A stretch of DNA of 63,778 bases, the filler included, from Reclinomonas americana ATCC 50394 (Eukaryota): the NCBI GenBank assembly GCA_048213135.1. It is 4 parts of 4 records of this genome, joined end to end, with 100 filler letters (N's around TTAATTAATTAA, not from the genome) between each part and the next. Parts side by side here need not be neighbours in the genome. Positions count along the whole stretch, not along the records: positions 43,496 to 62,108 come from PS015144.1; positions 62,209 to 63,778 come from PS015148.1; 2 more parts are not named here. One strand, 5' to 3'. This document shows positions 50,884-63,778 of the stretch, one piece after another. The notes beneath the pieces were generated by a model. That model ran no database searches and was not told where the DNA came from. It saw only the letters and a list, made by a program, of their open reading frames with translations. A program made the translations under genes and the position numbers. How positions within the stretch are numbered: position 1 is the first letter of the stretch; every line of letters starts with the position of its first letter.

Positions 50884-50934
50884 TGGCGTGTCATTTGCAA
50901 TGCAGACACGCTCCTGTTTCATTCCATCCACGTG

Positions 50935-53900
50935 TTACTCGTTGCAGTTGGGGTCGCGCATGTGCAGTGGCACATCTTCGACTTGTGGTTGTTGCTGTTG
51001 TTGTTGTTGCTGCTGCTGCTGCTGCTCAGGAATCGCCGGCTCGCCTGTGCGACAAAGTTTGCACGACGAATAACGGGTGGTAGATAACATCAGAAGGCGT
51101 ACATACCGGCAGGTCGCTGCGCTCCTGCGCGGAGTGCCATCATGCGCGCTTGCAGCGATAGCCCACCACCCAGGCCTCCAGGAACGGCAACAGCTTCTGG
51201 ACGCACAACAAACGGATTCGCTGGCGGCTCTGCAGGTCACCCCCTCACGTGAGACTGAGCGCATCGCGACGTCATTCTAGGCCACACATGCAAGCACACA
51301 CCGCGAACAAGAGGCTCGGCTGCAGCTGCAGCGGCAGCGGCAGCGGCGGCGGAAGCCACAGCCGCAGGCGATGGAAGTGAGAGAACAGCTGGCTGGCTCC
51401 GCTCTGCACACCGAGTGCAAAGATCAGACAGAACGACAGCGTAGTCGCGTGCCGTATTCGCACACACCTGCCACAGCGGCCGACCGGGCGCCAAAGGGAT
51501 TCGCGGCGACTGGTGATTGAACAGCGGCGAATGGTACCGGTGCGGCTAGTCGCGATTGTTTCAGAAATAGGTTGGTGAACAGCACCAGCAAAGAGTGACA
51601 TATCGCACCTGGAGAGCCAGCCGCCGCCTGTCGAGGAGCACCAAACGGATTGCCTGCTGGCGCAGCCGCTGGAACCGCAGCTGCAAAAAACAAATATCGA
51701 TCAGCACGACGGCTCTCGGGCAGACAGTGCACACGAACTACGCACCTGGTGATGCATTTTGTCGCGGAGCACCAAACGGATTGCCTACCGGCGCAGCTGC
51801 TGGAACCGCAGCTGCAAAAACAAATACCGTTTAGCAGGGTGGCTGTCGGGTAAACAGTGCACACGAACCACGCACCTGGTGATGCATTTTGTCGCGGTGC
51901 AAACGGATTGCCGGCGAGTACTGGCGATGCGACACCTGCGACACCTGCGTAGTCAACAAAAATACCGACAGCGAGTCAAAAGGCCCAACAAGACCGGCAA
52001 CGTACCTGGCGATGCAGGCTGCCGAGCAGCACCGAATGGATTTACTCTTAGCGCGGGCGAAGCGGGATTGCCTATTTTGACGTAGTGAGTACATACATGC
52101 ACCGTCGTCGTCCACACACCAGTCGCAAGACGCACCAGCGGGAGCAGGCGGCTGCGCATTTTCCGGCAACGGCGGCGCTGAGGGCAGTACACACTTGTGA
52201 GGGCGGCGAAAGAACAACCGCACACGCGAAACAGTGCAACACCATTGTATGCCAAACGGAATGCTGCCAGTGAGTTGTCCACGTCAGCAACTGCGTTCTC
52301 TGCTCGCATGGTCAGTCAGTGACACATTCACCCACACACACACACATCAGGTGCGCCACGCACCGCTCATCGGAGACTCGGCTGTCAAACGCACGACACA
52401 CAAACAAGTGAGACATTCCACCAACAGCTCAAGCGCGGGCAGGGGAAATCCATCTCACCGTTGGCGGCAGGGGCGGGCGGCGACGACACAGCTGCGCGTC
52501 AGGATGGATGAGTTGACGCAGCACGCGTTGACAATGACAGCACATGCACGCACGGTTGCGAGCTGCAAACGGATTCGCAGCGGCGAGCCGAAGGGGTACC
52601 GCCGGCAATGCCACTGGAACAAGTTGCGGCGGTACTGCACACAAGAGCGCACGACGCGTCACCACATCAGCAACAATCACACACCACCACATCACCGCGC
52701 GCCACTTTTCACCTGGTGCAGCAGCTGCCGCTGCGGCGGGCGGCGCTGACTCAGGTGCGCCCTGCGACTGAAACACTGTCGATTGCTTCTCTGCATCGAA
52801 TGGCGTCGGGGAGAACGAGCTGCGCACTTGCAGCACTTCTGTCCCACTCTCCCGTGAGCGGGGGCACCGAAGAAGACACATTCCGGCGGCCCCTCACCTT
52901 GCCCGCGTTCGTCACCGGGCATGTCGCCCTGGAGATCAACGAGGCTGACCTGCGGACTGGCAGCCGAGGCCGCTCTCCCACCAAACGGATTGACCGCGAG
53001 TGCTGCAGCTGCGGCAGCTGTCGTGGATGTGGTGTGAGACAAGAACATTACTTTGGCGCGCCCACACAAAACTCATACTGACCAGCGCGACGAGGGGCAA
53101 ACGGGTTCGCCGCAAGGACTGCATCACGTGCGGTGAGGAGAGATGAAGAGGGCGCGCGGTGACATGAAGGCATGAGGAGCAACACATACCACTGCTGGCT
53201 TCGGGTCGAGGTGCGACGGGTCCGAATGGATTGCGTGCCGCCGACGGCGCTGCGTGCACGACAAGATAAAGGACGTCAAGACTCAGAACGGTAGTGCCAG
53301 GCTCGAGACAAGAACACACCGACAGCTACAGGAGACCTGCCGGCGTCCGAGCCTGCTCGACAAGACACATTATCTCAATGAAAACACCACAGACTCAGGG
53401 AAGCCTCACCTCCTTGACCATCCTCTTCCGCTCGTTCACCTGCATCCACAAAGAATGAGAAGCAAGAACAAAGAGAAACAATCACAAGAGGCAACGAACC
53501 TCCGCGTGCCACTGGCTTGCCTGCAAAGCAACATTGAAGGCGTCAATGACGAGCGCGAAACAATCATCCTACCCAGACATAACGCACTCACCAAAACCGG
53601 TCGCCACTGGCGACACTGCTGCTGCTGCTGCTGCCGCCGATGCAGCAGCGCGAGGCGGCGGTGGTTGCGGCATGCGCATAATGCACACGGAGAAATCAAT
53701 GCTGACAGAGATGAAGCGCCGATTGCGCACGTCGCACAGCAACTCGGTGGCGGTGTCCCGATGAATGTCGTACGCGTACGATACTCGAATGCCGCCCGGC
53801 TGCGGCTCGTTGCCGACATGCCACACTCCAATGGACGACGCACCACCGCCACTGCAAAATACGGCGCCTGCACCCCACGTGGCCAGCATCTGCGCTTGCT

Positions 53901-55143
53901 GGATGTCGCGCAAGCTGCACGTCACCTGCAATGCAACAGAATCCCAGTGAGAGCTGCATCAATAGTGATCAGCGCGCTTCGCCACGCCACGCACCTGGCC
54001 AGTGGCAGCGTTGAACATGCGCAGATTCTGGAGGCTATTCAACATCATCACGTATCGGCCGTCGCCCGACCACGCGAGCGAGTAGGCGGGACCGACGGCA
54101 TACTCGTCCAGCCTATGCACGACAGTCATCGAGACTCGTCCATCCTCTGCGGCACGCGAAAGCCGGAGAATATGAGCCGAACCGGGCGCAGTGCTGGCCG
54201 CGGCGTAGTTGGCCACCACCAAGTGCGAGCCGTCCGGCGAGAACGCCAACGGCCACCTCCTGATCCCCCGCTGATTCTGCGTCGGCAACGACACGTTGTG
54301 TAGTAATCCAAGTGTCTCCAGATCCAAGATGGACAGTGTGACCCTGGAGGATTCCTCCCAAGTGAACATTGACACCGTGGCGACCACACCGTTCGTAGCG
54401 GCAATCGACAACACTGAACCACCGTACTCGTTTTCTTCGCCGACCTCGAGAGTGAATGGGTTCTCGCTCTCATCTGGTCGTGCATGTGCATCCAAGCGCT
54501 CATGTCGCCCGTCCAACACCGCAACAGCAGGCATGTAGGTGACTTCGCGTATCACATCCACACGATCCCAGTGCCACCGGCGCACACCGTGTCCCCCGAC
54601 CAGCAGCTGAGACCCCTGTTTCCCCGCTACAAAGATCAGCAACCAGCGTCATCATGGACAACAGACGCGCGCGCACGCAACATCCGGCGTCCAGCACACC
54701 GCCGTAAAGGGCATGTTGTCGGGAAACACGCCAAGCGGCAGCATCACCGTGCGCCGATCTTGCGGCTCCAAGCCAGCGCCGTCCATCTCTGGGCTCACAT
54801 CCACCACAAAACACAGTCGCGAGGAACCCACCAGCGCCAGCCACTCGCCCTCCACCACATTCTCCTCCACCTCCTCCTCATCATTGGCATCACGTGGAGC
54901 TGCACTCGCTCAACAGCATGACTACTCACACTCTTCACGTGTGACACGAGCACATGTGAAAAAAACGCAACGAGGACTCGGGCGCAACGCGGCGCCATAT
55001 GGCAAGAATGGAATGCAAAAGTGCGAGAGGATGTCCGCAGCACTCGACTTCACCGCAAAGCTCTGCGTCTCCTCGTCACTGCTGCTCTCCCCGCTGTTGC
55101 CAGCAGCAGCGCTGGCACCTCGACGTCGACGCCGACGATCCAT
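50935..55143 (-). CDS. Beta-propeller (WD40-like) protein with long Pro/Ala-rich tail carrying 10 NPF motifs
   Basis: Propeller motifs AVCWTPDGSQLLVGG, LAFSPDGSHLVV, SLAWSGDGRYV. A chain of short phase-1 exons continues in frame to a poly-Q and stop at 50935. Confidence 0.75.
51640..51910 (-). repeat. ~131-bp tandem duplication of an exon+intron unit (NPF exon)
   Basis: accaaacggattgcct...cgcagctgcaaaaa...cagtgcacacgaac.acgcacctggtgatgcattttgtcgcgg recurs at 51640 and 51771, with a third partial copy at ~51899. Confidence 0.9.
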
Positions 55144-55233
55144 GTCGCACACACACAAGCAAGACGAAGAAGAGTGAGCAAAGGGGACAAGAGGACGCAC
55201 GCGCGTGTGTTCTTGGCCGTTCTTCTGTGACCA

Positions 55234-56763
55234 ATGGAGGCAGTGCTGGACTCGCGCATTGGCGCTCTTGTGCTGGCACCACTGGTGCTCATTCTGCTGC
55301 TCACCTCGGTGTTGCGCACATACGCGTCACAGTGGTTGCAGCCAAAGCGCAAGCCCGCAAAGGAGGCTGTGCAACTCGAGTCCGCATTCACACAAACACA
55401 CACACACTCTCTCTCTCTCTCGCACGCATACTCACTGTGCGTACGTGTGTGTGTGCATGTGACACAGGCAACAAACGCTGTACTTGCAGCTGTTCCAGCG
55501 CAACTGGTCGTTCCTCCCGCAACGTGCGGCGCTGCGACAGCGCACCAAGTTGATGGCCGACTTTGAGAAGCGCCTGCACCTGTCGCCAGAGGAGGCCAAG
55601 CGGAAGCAAGAGGAGGAGCAGGATATGAGTGCTGTTGCGTGGAGAATCAACAGAGAGAGAAGGAGAGAGCAAAGTCTTGATTGCCCACACGTGTCGATGT
55701 GTTGTTGTGTGCTTGTGTGCGNNNNNNNNNNNNNNNNNNNNNNNNNNNNNNNNNNNNNNNNNNNNNNNNNNNNNNNNNNNNNNNNNNNNNNNNNNNNNNN
55801 NNTGTGCGTGTGAGCAGCAACTTGCCAAGGCGTTTGGTGGTGGCGCCAACCCCGGCGACCAGATGCAGATGTTTGATGGCATGAAGGGCCAGATTGCAAT
55901 GGTGCTCTCCAATGTCGCCACCTATGCCATCATCTCGCAGCTCTTTGCCGGCATTGTGGCTGGTTCGATGCGCTATCCTGTCTTCTCTTCTCCCACCACC
56001 TCACTTCCTTTTACGCGTGTCGCACAGGCAAGTTGCCGTTCTCGCTGCTCGACAAGTTCCGACCAATGACGCAGCGCGGTGTCGATCTGCCGGGCCTGGA
56101 GATCAGCTACGTGACGTCGCTGTCGCTATACGTGCTGGTGATGGTTGGCGTGGGTGGATGCGTGGCGCTGCTGCTCGGCGGCCAGAATGGTGCGTCGATC
56201 TTCTTTGTTGTGATTCTGCGCACCTTCTCTTATGGCGTTGTGTGCAGACACGGCGATGATGACGCGCGCCATGGTGGCACCGATGCCCGGCATGGGTATG
56301 CCGGGCCAGGCGAACGCCAAGGACCCGCAGGCCATTCTCAAGGCCGAGACCGACAATCTGCACACCATCTCCTACCGCAGCGCCGTCAGCGTGTGCCACC
56401 GCAACTGGTTCTCGCCGCAGCCGTGGCTCGCCGTGGGCAGCACTGCTGCACCCTCCGCTCCGTCAGCGGCCTCATCCGCTGCTGCTGCTGCGCTGGCATC
56501 TTCCTCCTCCTCGTCGTCGTCATCGGCGGCGGCCGCATCCGCTGCTGGTCTGTCGTCGTCGAGCGGTGCAGCGGCTGGTGAGTTCGACACACTCGGCGTG
56601 GACATGGACGAGTCGGGCTCGCGTCGTTCTGTTGCGTCGACGCTGTGTTTGTGCATTACGATCAGCAGCTCTTTGTGTCTTCCGTCTCACGAATGACAAC
56701 TGTGAACAGAACGCCAAGCTCGACCAGTTGCGCGACAGAATGTCAAAGCAGCGTCGCCGCTAA
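55234..56763 (+). CDS. EMC3: ER membrane protein complex subunit 3 (EMC3/TMCO1 Oxa1 superfamily)
   Basis: LDSRIGALVLAPLVLILLLTSVLRTY, MFDGMKGQIAMVL, FAGIVAGKLPFSLLDKFRPMTQRGVDLPGLEISYVTSLSLY, ILKAETDNL. Confidence 0.85.
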
Positions 56764-56882
56764 AGTAACTCGAACAGTGTGCGTCCACGTGTGGAGCCCC
56801 CCTCGTGAGAAGCACAATGAATGAACTTCGTGGTAGAAACAACAAACAAGAGATCGTGTCCCACACTTCTTGATCTGCTGGC

Positions 56883-58015
56883 ATGAGCAGTGGGAGCTGG
56901 CTGCCGCAGCGGTGTCCGCGGCCCTCACAGCGCCTCATATTAGGCATCGTGGCCGTGCTCCTCCTGCTCCTCTTTGTCTGGTCTGCTGCATTCATCATGC
57001 ACACACTCTTTCCTCCTCTCTCTCACACACTCTCACACACAGGCGTCTCACACGCATTCCGTTTGTGCAACTCAACGGCGACGAGCACCTCGGCCTCATC
57101 GAATCCATCGCTGCACTGCGACTGTACAGCGACGAGGCAGTGGGAACACCGTTGGTGTTGGATGTCGGGGCCAATCAGGGCGGGGTGTCAATGATTGCTG
57201 CGCTGCGTGGCTTCCAGGTGGTGGCCTTCGAGGCCATCGAGCACAACGTGAGCAGAGTGCGCGCAGCAGCAAAACGCTACGGTGTGGAGAGCAGTGTGCG
57301 AGTGGTACACGGCGCGGTGTGGGATCGCGCTGGCGACACCAAGTACTTTCTGCCGCAGCCGAGTGCCGACTACGACGGGCAGATGATCAAGCAGCAACGG
57401 AGTGGCGGAGATACAACTGGTGCTGCTGCGTCGGTGCCCGTGCAGACTGTCACCATTGACGAGGAGGCGGTGCCGGCGGATCGCGATGTCGTGCTGCTCA
57501 AAATCGATGTCGAAGGCTGCGAGTATCGTGCCCTGCTTGGTGCTCGACGACTGCTGGAGACGCGCCGTGTGCCGTTCGTCCTCGTCGAGTACTCGCCGCT
57601 CAACCTGAAAACCGTGTCGGACCTGGCCGAGCCGGAGCAGATGCTCACGTTCCTCGTTACGCAACAGCGCCGCATGAGAATGATCGTCGCAGCGCGAGTT
57701 GCTCATCGCCGTATATAACAGTCGGATCAAGGCTACGAGCTGTTCCTGTACTCGTGCCACTGGACGCGCGCCACTTCCGTGCCCTGGTCATGCCATCCGG
57801 ACCGGTACACGCCGCAGCTCGTGCAGCAGGCGACCTCGGCCGGTGGCACCTACACGGGCGCCTTCAGACACTCGCCTCTGGCGCACGCCAAGCACATTCG
57901 CCGGAGCGACTTTGCCGAGTTCACCAACTGGATGGTCCGGCAAGGAGGGCCCTTCCGCTCTCTCGCCGACATACTCGCCGTTCGCGCCAGAGACATTCCC
58001 ATACCGCCAGAGTGA
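56883..58015 (+). CDS. FkbM-family SAM-dependent methyltransferase, type II membrane (likely Golgi) topology
   Basis: N-terminal TM ILGIVAVLLLLLFVW; LDVGANQG, VVAFEA, TVTID, LLKIDVEGCE. Confidence 0.9.
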
Positions 58016-58074
58016 ACTTCGCACAAACAAGTCCCACACTCTTCGTTGGCTTCCGTCGTTGTTCCGTTTCCATC

Positions 58075-58321
58075 ATGATGGCAGAGCGCGACTTGCCGAC
58101 TGTGCGTGAGTACGTTAACAACGTGTCGCGACTGGCCAAGTCCGCAGTGGAGGCCGACAAGCTGGGCGATTTGGTGTGTGTGTCTGTCTCTGTGTATTCA
58201 TTCTCTCTTCCTCTCACTCTCTCACTCTTCTCTCGTCACGTACACGCACACAGGATGTGGCGCGTACACAGTACCGAGAAGTGNNNNNNNNNNNNNNNNN
58301 NNNGTGCGTCCGTCCTACTTC

Positions 58322-58385
<64 letters not shown>

Positions 58386-59661
58386 GCGATTCGCCAGTGA
58401 TTGATCATCATCATCAACATCAGATGGTTCTGTATCGCGATCGCATGTCTCAAATCAAGGCCGGCACCATCATTTCACCCTCGTCGGCCATGGCCGGTGG
58501 CAGCGGAGGCGGAGCCAGTGGAAGTGGCGTGGAGGGCAGTGGCTCGTTGCGTATTCTTCTCCCTCTCTGTCTCTTGTCTCTCTCCCTCCCTCTCACAAGG
58601 GTGCCCGTCAGGTCGACTGCCGGCGGCCGTCGCAAGTCGCGCATGTTTGACACGCCGGATACACCGGGCACACCGTCGTCGCCTTCGACACCCACCCCCA
58701 TCATGCTCACCTCGTCGGCGGCGACCATGGCCTCGGCCGTGGTCAGCAACTCCACGGTGCAGCCGATGGGCACATTTGTGGAGGAGGATATTCAGCCGGT
58801 GCGTGAGTCTCGAGGGTGACTGAATGTGCAGGGAGTGGCTCACACGGTGACTGCAGACCGATTTCGCTCCACCGCCGCCAGAGGCGCACCGGCGCACGTT
58901 CTGGTTGCTGCGTGCATTCAAGCGCACAGTCGAGTGTGGCGCCTTTCTCACGCCACAGGTGTACGTCTCGCGCGAAGTGTGGTGCGTATCGTTTTCCACT
59001 TTCCTTGCATGCCTCTGTCGGTGCTTACGCCACACGCAGGTCGCGCACGCACAAGTTGTCAGCCGTGCGGCAAAAGTGCGACTTCCTCGACAGCATCTCC
59101 GACGTGCTGCGCAACCTGCAAGTCAAGTACAGCCAGAAGCGGCATGAGTTGCCGGCGCAGTTGGATCGGTGCCTGAAGGACATGACGCAGTTCCGCCTCG
59201 CACTCGCCAAGGCGCTCTCGTGTGTGGAGTTTCCCGACGACCGCAAGTCGACCAGCGGCCTCCAGCGCTTTGGGCAGTCGGTGCTCTCGCTCGGTCACAG
59301 CATCGCCAAGGGTGCTTCGCGACTCGTCTCCAGCGCACGCTCCAAGTTACGTCCGCCGTCGTCCTCGATTTCTTTTGGAGGCATGAGTTGCTGAACGCGC
59401 TCGTGCGCACGTAGGAACTCGGATCTGCCCTACTCGACACTCGTGTCGTCGTTTGTGGACGAGTCGGGATTCATTGAGGAGTTGCTGCTGATGCCGGATC
59501 TGTCGTTGGAGTGCACCGAGAAGCTGATGCGCTTGGCCGACTTTTTCATGCGCACTGTGTGCGTGTTTGTTCTGGAGGACACGTTGCGGATGGCCGAGAA
59601 CCACGTCAAGAAGAACCGCGAGTTGTACAGTCGGTTGCCGGTGGACTTGAAGAGTGTGTAA
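58075..59661 (+). CDS. MIT-domain protein with conserved C-terminal helical domain
   Basis: N-terminal LAKSAVEADKLGDLDVARTQYRE...YRDR MIT pattern; later RTFWLLRAFKRTVECGAFLTPQVYVSREVW motif. Confidence 0.7.
58327..58384. repeat. (GT)n microsatellite, intronic
   Basis: Directly visible. Confidence 0.95.
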
Positions 59662-59839
59662 ACAGCAGAGAGTGAGAGTGCACGTGCAACATTTCTTTTG
59701 TTCATCTTTCATTCCAATTTCACACACACATACGTGGCAGTTGCAAGGCTGCCAGAAGAGATACACACACACACAGATATATGCATACACAATCCACCAC
59801 CACACCATCACTAGCACAATTGCGCGGAGAAGAGATTGA

Positions 59840-60692
<853 letters not shown>

Positions 60693-60869
60693 NNNNNNNN
60701 NNNNNNNNNNNNNNNNNNNNNNNNNNNNNNNNNNNNNNNNNNNNNNNNNNNNNNNNNNNNNNNNNNNNNNNNNNNNNNNNNNNNNNNNNNNNNNNNNNNN
60801 NNNNNNNNNNNNNNNNNNNNNNNNNNNNNNNNNNNNNNNNNNNNNNNNNNNNNNNNNNNNNNNNNNNNC

Positions 60870-61058
60870 ATCGAGGAGTTGCTGTTGATGCCGGATCTGT
60901 CGTTGGAGTGCACCGAGAAGCTGATGCGCTTGGCCGACTTTTTCATGCGCACTGTGTGCGTGTTTGTTCTGGAGGACACGTTGCGGATGGCCGAGAACTA
61001 CGTCAAGAAGAACCGCGAGTTGTACAGTCGGTTGCCGGTGGACTTGAAGAGTGTGTAA
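60870..61058 (+). CDS. Duplicate of the last exon of the MIT-domain gene
   Basis: Near-identical to 59473-59661, including an H->Y change (ENH vs ENY). Confidence 0.85.
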   Translation: MEELLLMPDLSLECTEKLMRLADFFMRTVCVFVLEDTLRMAENYVKKNRELYSRLPVDLKSV

Positions 61059-61238
61059 ACAGCAGAGAGCGAGAGTGCACGTGCAACATTTCTTTTCTTC
61101 ATCTTTCATTCCAATTTCACACACACACACACATACGTGGCAGTTGCAAGGCTGCCAGAAGAGATACACACACACATATATGCATACACAATCCACCACC
61201 ACACCATCACTAGCACAATTGCGCGGAGAAGAGATTGA

Positions 61239-62108
<870 letters not shown>

Positions 62109-62152
62109 NNNNNNNNNNNNNNNNNNNNNNNNNNNNNNNNNNNNNNNNNNNN

Positions 62153-62164
62153 TTAATTAATTAA
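62153..62164. other. Artificial scaffold linker
   Basis: TTAATTAATTAA in N padding. Confidence 0.9.
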
Positions 62165-62815
62165 NNNNNNNNNNNNNNNNNNNNNNNNNNNNNNNNNNNN
62201 NNNNNNNNAGATCCCAACATCTCTCTCTTCGCGCATCACTTTCCTTCTCTCTTGAGCATGTGCAGGTCCCAACATCACTCCACGCGTCAGCTTGCTTTCT
62301 CCTCGCGCATCGCTCTTTTCTTCTCTTCAGCATGCGTGGGTGACAACACCATTCAACACGTCGGCTTTCTTTCTCCCCTTCCTTCCCCCGTCTCGCNNNN
62401 NNNNNNNNNNNNNNNNNNNNNNNNNNNNNNNNNNNNNNNNNNNNNNNNNNNNNNNNNNNNNNNNNNNNNNNNNNNNNNNNNNNNNNNNNNNNNNNNNNNN
62501 NNNNNNNNNNNNNNNNNNNNNNNNNNNNNNNNNNNNNNNNNNNNNNNNNNNNNNNNNNNNNNNNNNNNNNNNNNNNNNNNNNNNNNNNNNNNNNNNNNNN
62601 NNNNNNNNNNNNNNNNNNNNNNNNNNNNNNNNNNNNNNNNNNNNNNNNNNNNNNNNNNNNNNNNNNNNNNNNNNNNNNNNNNNNNNNNNNNNNNNNNNNN
62701 NNNNNNNNNNNNNNNNNNNNNNNNNNNNNNNNNNNNNNNNNNNNNNNNNNNNNNNNNNNNNNNNNNNNNNNNNNNNNNNNNNNNNNNNNNNNNNNNNNNN
62801 NNNNNNNNNNNNNNN

Positions 62816-63778
<963 letters not shown>

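Overview
Gappy draft genomic DNA from a GC-rich, intron-dense unicellular eukaryote. It is probably flagellated (DLEC1/FAP81-like gene) and sexual (HAP2/GCS1). The window joins at least four scaffolds through artificial N-TTAATTAATTAA-N linkers. About 20 spliced genes can be reconstructed by hand, with short introns (mostly ~55-90 nt) and tiny intergenic gaps: PDI, DLEC1-like, MUTYH, HAP2, DUF4050-like, CNDP2, an RCC1-repeat protein, a large Ig-repeat membrane protein, a class I/II aminotransferase, a TM-ankyrin protein, an alpha/beta hydrolase, an ADP-ribosylglycohydrolase, a beta-propeller+NPF protein, EMC3, an FkbM methyltransferase, an MIT protein, PCNA (two copies) and PHYHD1. The most striking signal is in splicing. 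(1) A large class of 5' splice sites has the normal donor motif displaced by one base through an extra T: GTTGCG at about 27 sites, plus GTTACG, GTTGAGT, GTTATG, GTTTCG and GTTCCG, alongside normal GTGCGT/GTACGT/GTGAGT. (2) There are constitutive-looking microexons of 3, 4 and 5 nt. (3) Some repeat proteins are built one exon per module. All exon structures and counts are manual reconstructions without RNA data or database searches.
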